Source of the DNA: an uncultured Candidatus Rokubacteria bacterium | GTDB lineage: Bacteria; Methylomirabilota; Methylomirabilia; Rokubacteriales; CSP1-6 | Length of the DNA stretch: 64,000 bases | Direction: 5' to 3' | Assembly: GCA_963754315.1 (NCBI GenBank) | Contig: CAVWFS010000008.1 | Location: 32,001-96,000 of the forward strand | Shown: piece by piece, positions 20,429 through 33,500 of the stretch | Layout: every line of letters begins with the position of its first letter | Position numbering within the stretch: the first letter of the stretch is position 1 | Position numbers and translations under genes: made by a program | The notes under the pieces: model-generated | Told to the model about the DNA's origin: nothing | The model's input: the letters and a program-made list of their open reading frames with translations, nothing else | The model's database searches: none

Positions 20429-23400
20429 TCACGACCCCTCCGCTCGGGCTCCTCGCCGCTGCCCCACCGATGCTCCCACCAGACGCCGCACCTCGGCGAG
20501 AAGGGCGTCGTGGCGATAGGCGCCCTTCTGGAGGATGCGCTCGACCGAGCCGTTGAGGCGCTGATGATCCTCGGCCGAGAGATCCCGCGCCGTGATCACG
20601 ATGACGGGGATGCCGAGGCCCGCCTCGTCGCGTCGCAGTTCCTCCAGGAACTCGAAGCCGTCCATCTCCGGCATCATGAGGTCGAGCAGGATCGCGCCGG
20701 GCGTGCGCGTTCGCACCCGGTCGAGCGCGGCGCGGCCGTTGTCGGCCTCGGCGACCCCGTAGCCCTCTCGCTCCAGCAGGCGGCGCAGGAGCGCGCGCAG
20801 ATCGGGGTCGTCGTCCACGATCAGCACGGGCAGCTCGCGCCGGTAGGGGGCCAGCGCGGCCACCAGCCGCTCGCGGTCGATCGGCTTCGTGAGGTAGTCG
20901 GTCGCACCCAGTGCATAGCCGAGGCTTCGGTCGTCCAGCATCGTCAGCATGACCACTGGGATGGAGGCGGTGGCGCCGTCCTCCTTGAGCGCGGCGAGCA
21001 CGGCCCAGCCGTCCAGGCCGGGCATCATCACGTCCAAGGTGATGGCATCCGGGCGGAGGTCGTGCGCGAGCCGGAGGCCCTCCTCGCCGCCGGTCGCGGT
21101 CGCGACTCGGAAGCCTTCCTTGACGAGGAAGCGCTGCACGACATCGCGCACCGACGGATCGTCGTCGATCACCAGCACCAGGCTCGCCCCGGCGGGTCCG
21201 CCCGGCGCTCGGGTGGGAACCTCGGCGACTGGCTCCGCCACCTCTACCGGAAGGCGAATACTGAACGTGCTCCCGCGGCCGGGCTCGCTCGTGACGGTGA
21301 CGTCGCCTCCCATGAGCCGGCAAAGCCGGCGGCTGAGCGCCAGCCCCAGCCCCGTCCCGCCGTAGCGGCGGCTGGTGGATACCTCGGCCTGGGAGAACTC
21401 CTGGAACAGGCGCCCGAGCTGTTCCTCGGTCATACCGATGCCGGTGTCGCTGACGTCGAAGACGATGACGCCCCCACCCTCGCCAGTCTCCTGGCGCACG
21501 GCGAGGGAGACCGTCCCTCGCTCCGTGAACTTGCACGCGTTGGACAGGAGGTTGAACAGCGCCTGGCGCACCTTGGTGAGGTCGGCCCGCATCTCTCCGA
21601 CGGCGGGGTCGCAGCGCACCTCGACTCGGTTGCCGTTCTTGTCGGCGAGCGGCTGGATGACGGCGGCGATCTCGCTCATCAAGGCTGGCACGCTGAACGT
21701 CTCGAGATAGAGGTCCATGCGGCCGGCCTCGATCTTCGAGAGATCTAGCACCGCGTTGATCAGCTCCAGCAGGTGCTTGCCGGCGGCGTTGATCTTCTTG
21801 AGGTCGGGGACGAAGGCCTCATGGCCGAGGTCGACCGCCTCTTCTTCCAGCATCTCGCTGTAGCCGATGATGGCATTGAGCGGCGTGCGCAGCTCGTGGG
21901 ACATGCTGGCCAGGAACGCGGACTTGTGTCGGTTGGCGACCTCGATCTGCTTGAACAGCCGCGCATTCTGGATGGCCAATGCGGACTGGGTGGCGAAGGT
22001 CTGGAGCAGGCTCACCACCTCGGGCTCGAAGCTCCCCGCTGTCTTGCGCACGACGACGAGACTGCCCAGGACGCGCCCCTCGCGGAGCAGAGGCATTGCC
22101 AGGAGCGCGCGATGCCCCGTGAGGACCAGGGCCTCCTTGATCCGGGCCTCGTAAGCACCGGGCGCCGTGATGTCAGGGATCTCGATGGGCTCGGGCGTGA
22201 TGGCCAGCCGGCCCGTCGCCCCCTCGCCCTTACGCACCGGCGCCTGGCGTGCGATGACCAGATACTCCTCGGGCAAGCCCTCCGTCGCACGAAGGGAGAA
22301 CTCCTCCGCCGCCTCGTCGTACTCATAGATGGCGCCGCCCGCGGCGCCGCAGAGCTGCACGGCCCGCCCTACGATGGTCGTGAGCACGGTCTCGAGATCG
22401 AGCGACGAGCTGACGGCCTGCCCGACCTCGCCCAGCGCCGTGAGCTGGCCGACCGAGCGGGTCAGCGCCGCCGTCCGCTCCTGCAGCTCGTTGAAGAGCC
22501 GCGCGTTCTCGATGGCGATCACGGCTTGGTCGGCGAAGGTCTTCAGGAGCTCGATGTGGCTGGCGGCAAAGGGCCCCGGCTCGCTCCGCTGGATGACGAT
22601 GGTGCCGATAGGGCTGCCGTCCGCCCGGAGCATCGGCACGCCGAGCATGCTTCTCCACTCCCCCGCCGCTGCCATATCGGCCTGATACTCGGGGTCCTGT
22701 CGCACGTCCCGGATCTCGACGACAGCACGCGTGAGGATAGCCCGCCCCGAGACCTGGGAACGGGCCGGGCGCATCGGGTACGCGCGCCGAAGAGCCTCCA
22801 GCGCCTCGGGCGTGACGGCGTGCGCTACCACATGGAGCTGCTCACCGTCGAAACGGTGGAGGACGCCGAAACGCGCGTCGCCCAGCCGCACCGCGTTCCG
22901 GACGATCGTGTCGAACACCGGCTGGACGTCAGTTTGCGACTGGCTGATCACCTTGAGAATTTCACTCGTCGCCGTCTGTCGGTCGAGGGCAACGCTGAGG
23001 TCGGTGTTGCGTGCCTCCAGCTCCTTGAACAGCCGCACGTTCTCGATGGCGATGACGGCTTGGTCGGCGAAGGTCTTGAGCAGCTCAATCTGGGCCGGCA
23101 CGAACGGCCCCGGCTTGACGCGCGCCACGAAAATCGCGCCGATGGCGTTCCCGTCGCGCACCATGGGCACGGCGAGCAAGCTCCGGAACCCGCCGGCCAG
23201 CGCGACGCGGTGCGCATGTTCGCCGTCGGCCAGCACGTCCTCAACGTGGACGACGGCTCGCGTCAGGATCGCGCGCGCGGCCACCAGCGGGCTGCTCGGC
23301 TGCGGCCGCATCGGCAACATCCGCTGGAGTGCCTGGTGCGCTTCCGGCGGGTAGTTGTGAGCCGCCTCGAGGTGCATCAGCTCGCCATCGAACCGGAAGA

Positions 23401-25889
23401 CTGCGCCGACCAGCCCATCGCACAGGGGCACGGCGCTACGCACGATTGCATCGAAGACCGGCTGGACGTCGGTCGGCGAGCTGGAAATGACGCGCAGGAT
23501 CTCGGCAGTCGCCGTCTGCTGCTCGAGCGCCACGCTGAGGTCGGTGTTGCGCGCCTCCAGCTCCTTGAACAGCCGCACGTTCTCGATGGCGATGACGGCC
23601 TGGTCGGCGAAGGTCTTGAGCAGCTCGATCTGCTTGTCAGAAAACGGCCCGGCCTCGATTCGATTGACCGTGATCGTCCCGATGGGACGGCCCTCACGAA
23701 GCATCGGCACCGACAGCACGCCTCGGACTCCCATAACACCAACCCACTGGTGAGTCCGGTACTCAGGATCCTCGTGCACGTCGGGTATGTGAACGATGGC
23801 CTGAAGGAGGATCGCTCGCGCCGTCGCGCTATCCCGACTGGGGCGAACAGGGAACATTCCTCGCGTGACCTCGATTGCTTCTAGCGCGAGGCCTTGCTGG
23901 GCGACGAAGTGGATGAGGGTTCCATCGAATCGGAAGACGGTACTGGTGAAGGCATTGCACAGCCGGTGCGAACTCTCGGCGATGGCGTCGAAGACAGGTT
24001 GAACATCGGTCGGGGAACTCGAGATGACGCGAAGGATGTCGCTCGTCGCGGTCTGCTGCTCCAGGGCCTCGGTCACCTGGGCGTGAGCGGCCGTGAGAGC
24101 CTGGTTCTTCTGCTGCAGTTCCGTGAAGAGCCGCGCGTTCTCGATGGCGATGACGGCCTGGTCCGCAAAGGTCCGGAGCAGCTCCACCTGCCGCTCCGAG
24201 AACATCTCGGGCTCGACCCCGGATACATTGATCGCGCCGATGGGAAGGCCGTCTCGCAGCATGGGCACCGACAAGCTGCTCCGGAACCCAACCGCTTGCG
24301 CCCAGTCGCGGAGCGCGTACTGGGGATCCTTGGCCGCGTCGGGCACGTAGGCTACCTCGCGCGTCCGCACCGCACGGGCGGTCGTGGCGCTCCGGTCGAG
24401 GGGCATCGGGAAGATCTGCCGGAGGGCTTCGCTCGTCCGGGAGTCTGCGTCCATGGCGGCGAGGTGCAGCGTCTCCCCGTCAAGCCGCAGAACGACGCTG
24501 AACGTGGCCCGGCACAGCGCAAGCGCACTGGCGGCGATCGTATCGAACACCGGCTGCGGGTCCGTGTGGGCGCCGGCGATGACGCGAAGGATCTCGGCCG
24601 TGGCCGTCCGCTGTTCCAGGGCGACGCTGAGGTCGGCGTTGCGCGCCTCCAGCTCCTTGAACAGGCGCACGTTCTCGATGGCAATGACGGCCTGGTCGGC
24701 GAAGGTCTTGAGGAGCTTGACGTGGTCATCGGAGAACGCGGCGATCGCTCCGTGGCCAATGCCGAGGACGCCGATGACCTCCCCACGCCGCCGCAGCGGC
24801 ACGAGCACCACGCTGCGTGTGTCGTGGCTCCGGAAGAAGTCCCGGGAGCGCGGCGGCAGGTCAGGGTCAGTCTCGATGTCCGGAGTGACCACCACCGCAC
24901 CGTCGACGACGGCACGACGGAACTGCGGTGACATCCCCGCCGTCACCGGCCGCGGGAAGGCTCGTCGGAACAGATTCTCCGCGTCGGAGGTCATGTTGTA
25001 CAGCGCGACACAGTCGACCACCTCGGCATATCGCCGGTAGACCGCTCCGTAGAGCCCGCCGCACAGGCGCGTGGCGCTCGCGGCGATGGCGTCGAACACG
25101 GGCTGGACATCCGTCGGCGAGCTCGAAATTACCCGCAGAACTTCACTGGTTGCCGTCTGCTGTTCCAGGGCGACCCTGAGGTCGATGTTGCGCGCCTCCA
25201 GCTCCTTGAACAGGCGGACGTTCTCGATGGCGATGACGGCTTGGGCGGCAAAGGTCTGGACGAGCGCAATTTCCCGATCGGAGAACGGCTTGACCTCCGA
25301 TCGGACGAGCCCGATGACGCCGATCGGCTGCCCGTCCCGCAGCATGGGCACGCCGAGGAAACTTCGGATCGCGACCGCCGCTCGATTGGCCGCTGGGACC
25401 GCCGTCGCGTAGTCGGGGTCGGAATCCGCGTCGCGAATATGGATGGTCTCGCGAGCGAGGATTGCCCGCCCGGTGAGCGTCCCATGGTCCGGTGGTCGCG
25501 GCCAGAAGCCTCGCAAGACCGCCTCGGCAGCGGCGCTGGTTCCTCGCGCGGCGAGCCAGCGAATCAATTCGCCGTCGAAGCGAAACACGCCGGCGTACGC
25601 ACACTCGCAGAGCCGAAAGGCGCTGTCGGCAATGGCCTGCGCGACAGGTTCCAGCTCCGTGGGCGATCGCGAGATCATCTGGAGGATTTCGCCGGTCGCG
25701 GTCTGCTGCTCGAGCGCTTCGGCGAAGCGCGGTTTCGGCCCGGCTCTGCGCCGCTCTCTTTTCGGCCACCTCGCCTTCGAGCTGTTTCACCCGGGCCTCA
25801 GCGCGCGCCAGCGCCTGCCGAAGCTCGGCATTCTCCGCGGCGAGATTCACCTTGGGCGCGATCGTGGGTTTGCTGACCTTTCTGGCCAC
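20429..25889 (-). CDS. Giant hybrid histidine kinase 2: 7 GAF + HisKA + HATPase + REC + REC (~1800 aa)
   Basis: ORF 20429..25678 plus an N-terminal coiled coil from GTG 25889 (RBS GGGAGG); one extra base near 25720. Confidence 0.88.
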
Positions 25890-25955
25890 TCAGGCGCCCT
25901 CCCATCGGGGCGGGTTCAACGAGCAGGGCGTCGAAACGGCGAGATCCATCGCGGC

Positions 25956-25984
25956 ATGCTGCTCCGCCGGGACCGGCAAGTCAA
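25956..25984 (-). promoter_or_regulatory. Promoter motif of kinase 2
   Basis: TTGACT-N17-CAGCAT. Confidence 0.55.
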
Positions 25985-26108
25985 GGCGTCCACACCATGC
26001 AGGCCATCTAGCCATGAAGTCACCGGCGCTGGAAACGTAGGCTCGCCAGTCGCCGAGAGAGAGGGGAACGCTTCCGCTGAAAGGCCAGGGCGATTACACT
26101 TGTGCCAT

Positions 26109-26321
26109 ATGAGTCATACAATCACCGTACGTCTCAGCAAGGAGCTGGCCACCTGGCTGGAAGAGGTGGCGACGCGGACCGGAGTGTCCCAGGGGAGGAT
26201 CGTCCGCGACCAGCTCGAACGCGCGCGGGCCGGAGGCCCTCGTAAGTCGTTCATGCGTCTGGCTGGTTCGGTGCGCGGGCCGCGAGATCTGTCGTCCCGC
26301 AAGGGCTTCTCCCGTCCATGA
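26109..26321 (+). CDS. CopG/ribbon-helix-helix antitoxin
   Basis: MSHTITVRLSKELATWLEEVATRTGVSQGRIVR; ATGA overlap with the PIN gene. Confidence 0.85.
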   Translation: MSHTITVRLSKELATWLEEVATRTGVSQGRIVRDQLERARAGGPRKSFMRLAGSVRGPRDLSSRKGFSRP

Positions 26322-26725
26322 ACGCGATCGCCGATACCGGCTTCCTCGTCGCCTTCGCAAATCGCGGCGACCGCCATCACGCGTGGGCGGTCGTCGTGGC
26401 CGAGCAGTTGACGGCTCCCCTGCTGACGTGCGAGGCGGTGCTGGCGGAAGCCGCGTTTCACCTGGAGAGCGCAGGGCTGGCACTGGCGATGGTCCAGGAG
26501 GGCTTGGTCGAGCTTGCCTTCGACTGCCGCGAACACATCCCGCAGCTTGCCAGCCTGGCCGCGCGGTATGCCGACCGCCATCCGGACCTCGCCGATCCTT
26601 GCCTCATCCGAATGAGCGAGATCCACCCTGGCCATCCTGTGCTTACCGTGGATCGAGCCGATTTTCGGATCTACCGCCGGAACAAGCGCGAAGCCATACC
26701 TCTGATTTGTCCACCCGGGCCCTGA
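26318..26725 (+). CDS. vapC: PIN-domain toxin
   Basis: IADTGFLVA, TCEAVLAE, DLAD, LTVDRADF. Confidence 0.88.
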   Translation: MNAIADTGFLVAFANRGDRHHAWAVVVAEQLTAPLLTCEAVLAEAAFHLESAGLALAMVQEGLVELAFDCREHIPQLASLAARYADRHPDLADPCLIRMSEIHPGHPVLTVDRADFRIYRRNKREAIPLICPPGP

Positions 26726-26730
26726 TCGGA

Positions 26731-26758
26731 TTGCCCTACCGGCCCCGCGCTAGGGCAA
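26731..26758. terminator. Hairpin between convergent toxin genes
   Basis: TTGCCCTA...TAGGGCAA inverted repeat; no U-tract. Confidence 0.3.
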
Positions 26759-26810
26759 CGCCACCCGAACGCAGAGTCGTCACGCCACCTTTGGCGTCCG
26801 CGCGGCCGTG

Positions 26811-27260
26811 CTACCTGGACGGCAAGTAGTCGCGTAACTGGAGCACCCGCAGCCCAGGCACACGAGGCAGCCGGCGGTCGTTCGTGAGATACGCGCTCGA
26901 GCGGGCCCGGAGGGTTGCCGCGACCTGGAGGGCGTCAGGGGCCCTCATCCCGGTCAGCGCGCGGACCTGGGCCCCGGCGCGCAGGAGAGCCCGGTCAATG
27001 TCGACCATGTGGATCCCGCGGCTGCGCGTGAGGAGAGTCTCGTACCGCTCGGCAAGAGCAATGTCTCCGGCCCGGTACGGCACCACGAGCACCTCCATCA
27101 ACGTGACGCCCGAGGTGATCCCCGGCCAGCGACCGCGGTCGACGGCCGCGAACACGGGCTCCACGAGGGGAAGGAAGCGCGGATGTTCCTCGATGAGATA
27201 GATGAAGATCGCGGTGTCGAGACCGACGGGCCCCGACCCGATATCATCGATCAATCCCAC
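26811..27260 (-). CDS. vapC: PIN-domain toxin
   Basis: VGLDTAIFIY, TLMEVLV, PDALQVATA, YLTNDRRL; GTG start overlapping the antitoxin end. Confidence 0.88.
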   Translation of the reverse strand: MGLIDDIGSGPVGLDTAIFIYLIEEHPRFLPLVEPVFAAVDRGRWPGITSGVTLMEVLVVPYRAGDIALAERYETLLTRSRGIHMVDIDRALLRAGAQVRALTGMRAPDALQVAATLRARSSAYLTNDRRLPRVPGLRVLQLRDYLPSR

Positions 27261-27481
27261 GAGCGGCGTTCCCGGGTCACATGCCGGGCCGCATTGACCC
27301 CACGCCAGCGCTCCTTGCCCAGCCCTCGAAGCTCCAGGATGGACCGCGGTTCGGGTTCCTCGAGAGCCTGGCTCAGGAGGTGGACGACCTCCTGAGCCAC
27401 CGAGCGCCGCTGCCGCCTGGCCTGGGCCTGGAGCCTCCGGTACAGGGCGTCGGGCACCTTCTTGACGTTCAGGGTCGCCAC
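27251..27481 (-). CDS. FitA-like RHH antitoxin
   Basis: ATLNVKKVPDALYRRLQAQARRQRRSVAQEV; RBS GGAGG. Confidence 0.85.
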   Translation of the reverse strand: MATLNVKKVPDALYRRLQAQARRQRRSVAQEVVHLLSQALEEPEPRSILELRGLGKERWRGVNAARHVTRERRSWD

Positions 27482-27486
27482 GGTAA

Positions 27487-27534
27487 TGCCTCCATTGTGC
27501 CTCCATTCTGGAGGAATAGCCGACATCGCGTCAA
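27487..27534 (-). promoter_or_regulatory. TA3 promoter/operator
   Basis: TTGACG-N18-CAGAAT; two direct copies of TGCCTCCATT and palindrome CCTCCA-TTC-TGGAGG. Confidence 0.6.
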
Positions 27535-27577
27535 GGGTCACCGCGGCGCGCAGGGGGCTTGCGTGATCAGCGAAGAA

Positions 27578-30500
27578 TCACTCTGCTTCCAGTCGGGCCT
27601 CGCGCGCGGGTTCGACCTGACGGGACGCTACGCAGGCGGCCACCATGTCGCGGACCTCGGCGAGGAGGGCCTCGCGCGTGTAGCCGCCCTTCTGGAGGAT
27701 GCGCTGAACGCCGCCATTGAGGCGCTCGCGGTCGGCCGAGGTGAGCTCCATGGCCGTGACCACGATGATCGGGATGCTCCGGCCCCACACCTGGCCGCGC
27801 AGCTCGGTCACGAACTCGAAGCCATCCATCTCGGGCATCATGAGGTCGAGCAGGATGAGCCCGGGAGGTGCCTCGCGAGCCCGGGCCAGCGCGGCCCGCC
27901 CGTTCTCGGCCTCGGTCACCGCGTAGCCCTCGCGCTCCAGGATGCGGCGCAGCAGGCCTCGGAGATCTTCCTCGTCTTCCACCACCAGCACGGAGAGGCC
28001 GCGGCGGTACGGAGTCAGGGCAGCCACCAGCCGGTCGCGGTCGATGGGTTTGGTCAGGTATGCGGCCGCGCCCAGCGCGTAGCCGAGGGTCTTGTCGTCC
28101 ACGAAGGTGAGCATGACGACGGGAATGCTCGCGACGTCGGGGTCGTGCTTCAGCGCTCCCAGCATCGCCCAGCCGTCCATGCCCGGCATCATCACGTCGA
28201 GGGTGATGACGTCGGGTTTGACCTGCCGCGCCAGCCGTAGCCCTTCCTCGCCGCCGGCCGCCGTCACGACGCGAAAGCCCTCTCTCGCCAGGAAGCGTTC
28301 CATCAGCTCGCGCGTGGCGGCCTCGTCGTCCACTACCAGCACTGTCCCCGCGCTGATTGTCGCGGCCGCCGTCCGGGAGGTCGTCGCCGGCCGCGGCTGT
28401 TGCTTCCAAGGCCTCGGGCTGAGCCGCCGCCGCACTGACCTCGGCGGGCAGCCGGATCGTGAAGGTGCTCCCTCGTCCCGCCTCGCTCTCGACCGTGATG
28501 TCGCCGCCCATGATCTGGCATAGGCGACGCGACAGGGCGAGCCCCAGCCCGGTCCCCCCGTACTTCCGCGCGGTCGAGGCCTCGGCCTGGGAGAACTCCT
28601 GGAAGAGCCGACCCATCTGCTCCTCGGTCATGCCGATGCCCGTGTCGGTCACCTCGAAGACCATCCAGGGCGCATCGGGCTCGGGCACCCGTTCGCGCCG
28701 CACGCTCAGCGATACGGTTCCACGTTCTGTGAACTTGCATGCATTGGAGAGGAGGTTGAACAGGGCCTGCCGGACCTTGGTCTGATCCGCGTACATCTCT
28801 CCGGCGCCGGGCTCGCAGCGGGTCGCCAACGTGTTGCCCTTCCGAGCCGCGAGCGGCTGCACCACGGCCGCGATCTCCTCGATCAGCGACGGCACCGCGA
28901 AGCGCTCGAGGTAGAGCTCCATCTTCCCAGCCTCGATCTTGGAGAGATCGAGCACCGCGTTGATCAGCTCGAGGAGGTGCTTGCCGGCCGCGTTGATCTT
29001 CTTGAGGTCGGGGACGAAGGCCTCCTGGCCGAGGTCGCCCGCCTCTTCCTCCAGCATCTCGCTGTAGCCGATGATGGCGTTGAGCGGTGTGCGCAACTCG
29101 TGGGACATGTTGGCAAGGAACTCCGACTTGTGCCGACTGGCGACGGCCAGCGCTCGGCTCTTCTCCTCCAGCTCGCGGAAGAGGCGCGCGTTCTGGATGG
29201 CTAGCGCGGACTGGGTGGCGAAGGTCTTGAGGAGATCCACCGTCTCGAGCGGGAACTCGCCCGGGGTCGTCCGCGCCACGACGAGGCTGCCCACGACTTG
29301 GTTCTCGCGCAGGAGCGGCACGGCCAGGACGGAGCGCTGACCCGCCCGCAGCAGAACCTCGCGCATACGGCTCTGGTAGGCGCCGGCGATGGCGATGTCG
29401 GCAACCTGGACGGGCTGGCGCGTGACCGCAGCCTGGCCGGTTGCCCCCTCGCCCTTCTGAAGGGCCGTCGCTCTGGCCATGTCCACGAATTCCTCGGGCA
29501 TGTTCTCGGTGGCGCGCAGGTGGAACAGCTCGGCCGCCTCGTCGTACTCGTAGATGGCTCCGGCCTCGGTGCCCGAGAGCTGCACCGCGCGCGAGACGAT
29601 GGTGGTCAGCACCGTCTCGAGATCTAGCGTCGAGCTGACGGCGCGGCCGACTTCCTCGAGAGCGGTGAGCTGCCCCACCGACCGGGTTAGCTCGTCCGTC
29701 CGCGCTTGCAGCTCCGTGAGCAGGCGCGCGTTCTCGATGGCGATGGCGGCCTGGTCGGCGAAGGTCTCCAGCAGAGCGATCTGGCTGTCGGTGAACGGCC
29801 GGACCTCCAGTCGATAAATGCTGATCACCCCCAGCAGTTCGTCCGCCCTGAGCATCGGGATCGACAGCAGGGTCCGGATTGGGTCGATCTGTCGCGACCC
29901 GTAGGTGTAGTCCGGGTCGGCCTGAACGTCGTGAACGTGGATGGCGTGCTGCTCAAGGGCGGCACGCGCCGCGGTGTTGCTGCGCCCGGGAGTGAAGGGA
30001 TTCCGCTCGATGAACGCTCTGAGCTCAGGAGAGACGTTGTGGGTGGCGACGACTCGAAGGAGCTCGACCGTCGAAACGGTAGATGAACGCGCGCTCGGCC
30101 TCGCACAGCCTGACCGCGTTCTCGGCCAGCGTCTCGAAGACCGGCTGGAGGTCGAACGTGGAGCGTCCGATCACTTTGAGTAGCTCGCTGGTGGCCGTCT
30201 GCTGCTCGAGGGCGACCCGCAGCTCAGTGTTGCGCGCCTCCAGCTCGGTGAACAGGTGCACGTTCTCGATGGCGATGACCGCCTGGTCCGCGAAGGTCTG
30301 GAGCAGCGCGATCTGCTTGTGCGTGAACGGATTTACCTCGGCGCGCCGAAGGTTGATCGTCCCTACGGCCGCGGCCCCTTCCCGAAGCAACGGAACGGCT
30401 AGCGCTGTTCGGTAGCCGAACTCCCGAGCCAAAGCGCTCCCCACGGGGAACTCCTCGATCTCAGCCTGAAGATCGGCCACGTGAGCGGCCTGCCGCTCGA

Positions 30501-33500
30501 GCACAGCGCGCCCCGCAAGGCTTCCCCGCTGCACCGGGATCCGGCGGCCCGTGGGGCCGGGGATAGGGCCGTAATGAGCGGCGACCGTGAAGTTGGCCCC
30601 GTCCACCTGGTAGATCTCTGCGTCATTGGCTCCGCAGAAGCGAACCGCACTCTTGACCACCGTGTCCAGAACCGGCTGGAGATTTGTCGGTGAGGTGCTG
30701 ATGACTCTCAGGATCTCGGCGGTGGCCGTCTGCTGCTCGAGAGCCTCGGTAAGATCGGCGTTCTTGGCCTGCAGCTCGCGGAGCAACCGCGCGTTCTCGA
30801 TGGCAATGGCGGCCTGGTCGGCAAAGGTCTCCAGGAGGGCGATCTGGTTCTCAGTGAACGGTCGGATCTCGTGTCTGTAGATCAGGATCACGCCCAACAG
30901 CTCGTCCGCCCTGAGCATGGGGACCGTAAGTATGGTTCGAAAGCGGTCCACCTGCCGCGAGCCGTAGGTGTACTCAGGGTCGGTCTGGGCATCATGGACG
31001 TGGACGGTGCGCCGCTCGAGGGCGGCGCGCGCCGTGGCGCTGTCCCTTCCGGGCGCGATGGGATTCCGCTCGACGAAGTCTATGATCTCGGCGGAGGCGT
31101 TGTGGGTGGCCACGACGCGCAGGAGCTGACCGTCGAAGCGGAAGATGAACGATCGTTCGGACTCGCACAACCTGACCGCGTTCTCGGCCAGCGTCTCGAA
31201 GACCGGCTGGAGATCGAAGGTAGAGCGGCCGATCACCTTGAGCAGCTCGCTGGTGGCCGTCTGCTGCTCGAGGGCGACCCGCAGCTCGCTGTTGCGCGCC
31301 TCGAGCTCGGTGAACAGGCGCACGTTCTCGATGGCGATGACGGCTTGATCGGCGAACGTGCGGAGGAGTCCGATCTCCCTGTCGGTGAATGGCCGACCCT
31401 CCTGGCGAAAGACCACGATGGCGCCGACGGGTCCGTTGTCCCGCAGCATGGGGACGCTGAGCGCCGCGCGGTACCCCATGGTTCGGGCCAGCGCCTGGCT
31501 GGCCGGGAATCGCGGGTCGCTCTGCATGTCTTGCAGGTGCACGACCTCGCGGTCCAACATCGCGACGCCGGTGATCAGGTCCCTCGTCAAGGGGGACGGG
31601 AAGAGCCGGCGGGCCATGTCGAGCCACTGCGCCGTCTGACCGCGCTGCGCGACGAGATGAATCGTGTCGCCCTCGAGCCGGTTCACACTTCCATAGTCGC
31701 CGCTACACAGACGCACAGCGCTCTCGGCGATCGCGTCGAAGACCGGCTGCACGTCCGTCGGTGAACGACTGATCACGCGCAGGATCTCGCTGGTGGCCGT
31801 TTGCTGTTCAAGGGCCTCGGTGAGATCGGCGTTCTTGACCTGCAGCTCACTGAGCAGCCGCGCGTTCTCGATGGCGATGGCGGCCTGGTCGGCGAAGGTC
31901 TCCAGCAGAGCGATATGACTGTCGGTGAAGGGCCGAACCTCGTCTCGCCGGATGACGATCACTCCCAGCAACTCGCCCGCTCTGAGCATGGGGACGGCCA
32001 GCAGGGTTCGGAAGCCGACCTGTCCCGCCAGATAAGTGAACTCGGGGTCAGACTGGACGTCGTGAATATGGATGGCGCGGCGCTCGAGGGCGGCACGTCC
32101 CGAGGCGCTCCCTCGTCCGGGCGCGATGGGATTCCGCTCGATGAGTTCCGTATCCTCGTGGGTGAGGCCGCGGGTGACCACGGCTCGAAGGAGTCGACCG
32201 TCGAATCGGATGACTATGCCTTGCTGCGCTTCGCACAGCCGGAGGGCGTTCTCGGCCAGCGTCTCGAAGACCGGCTGGAGGTCGAAGGTAGACCGGCCGA
32301 TCACCTTGAGCAGCTCGCTGGTGGCCGTCTGCTGCTCGAGAGCGACCCGCAGCTCGCTGTTGCGAGCCTCCAGCTCCGTGAACAGGCGCGCGTTTTCGAT
32401 GGCGATGACCGCCTGTTCCGCGAAGGTCGATATCAGCTCGATCTGCTTCTCCGTGAACGGCCTGACTTCGCGTCGCCAAAGGCCCAAGGCGCCGACGGGT
32501 TCGCCATCACGCAACATCGGCACGGCCAGTACCGTGCGCCACCCCGGCGCCTGCCGTGTCTCGAGCGTGTACTCGGGATCCTCTCGGATATCGTGAATGT
32601 GGATGATTCGGCGGTCGACAATGGCACGCCCTGTTGCCGCACCGCGCGTCGCTGGGCGCGGATAATTCCCGCGCAAGAGCTCTAGCTCGCCAGGGGTCGC
32701 ACTCTGGTGGGCGACGAAGGTTTGTAGCTGTCCGTCGAATCGAAAGGCAGCCCCGAAAGCGGCGTCGCACAGCCTGGTCGCGCTCTGTACGATGGCGTCG
32801 AAGACCGGCTGCACATCCGTCGGTGAACGACTGATCACGCGCAGGATCTCGCTGGTGGCCGTCTGCTGCTCCAGGGCGACCCGCAGCTCGTGGTTGCGCG
32901 CCTCCAGTTCCGCGAACAGGCGTGCATTTTCGATGGCGATCACCGCCTGGTCAGCGAAGGCCTGGAGGAGGGCGACCTGCGATCCGGTGAAAGGCGTCGG
33001 CTCGGGCTTCGCCACGGAGAGCACCCCGGTCGGTATCCCGTCGCGAAGCATCGGCACCGATAGGGCCGCGCGGAACCCGAGCGTCGTGGCGAACTCGGCG
33101 TCGTACTCCGGGTCCTGGAGCACGTCTGGCACGTGCACGGTGGCGCGGTCGGCCACGGCGCGCGCCGCTGTGGATCGACGCCGGTCCCGCGCCGGCGCCA
33201 ACCCGCGGTGCATCGCCCGCGCTTTCGGGGCCACGTCCGCACTCGGTATCGCCACCAGGTCCAGGACCTCCCCGTCGTACCGGTAAATGGCGCCCGTGGA
33301 TGCCCCGGTCAAGACCACTGCCCGTTCCACCATCGCCCCTAACACGGCCTCGAGGTCCGTCGGCGAGGTCGAAATGGCTCGTAGGATCTCGCCCATCGCC
33401 GCCTGCTGCTCCGCCGCCTCGGAGGCGCGGGCCCGCGCCTCGGCGAGCTCGCGCTCGAGAGTGCCGACACGGTCTCGCAGGGCGGCCAGTTCGTCGGTCG

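Larger units (their letters stand above)
13550..33420 (-). repeat. 26 tandem GAF modules joined by near-identical linkers
   Basis: Recurring [12 protein letters not shown](V/A)RLF.EL.ARN..L..AL(E/D)(Q/R)QTAT.EIL.VIS linker, also conserved at DNA level (e.g. ttctcgatggcgatgac on the + strand). Confidence 0.9.

Noticed and set aside
12700..28440. Programmed frameshift between HATPase and REC domains in kinases 1 and 3
   Set aside because: No slippery sequence is evident, kinase 2 is continuous there, and indels are common across the window.
13550..33420. Regularly spaced DNA repeats as a CRISPR array, DGR or integron attC array
   Set aside because: The repeats are in-frame coding linkers about 500 bp apart; no cas, reverse transcriptase or integrase is visible.
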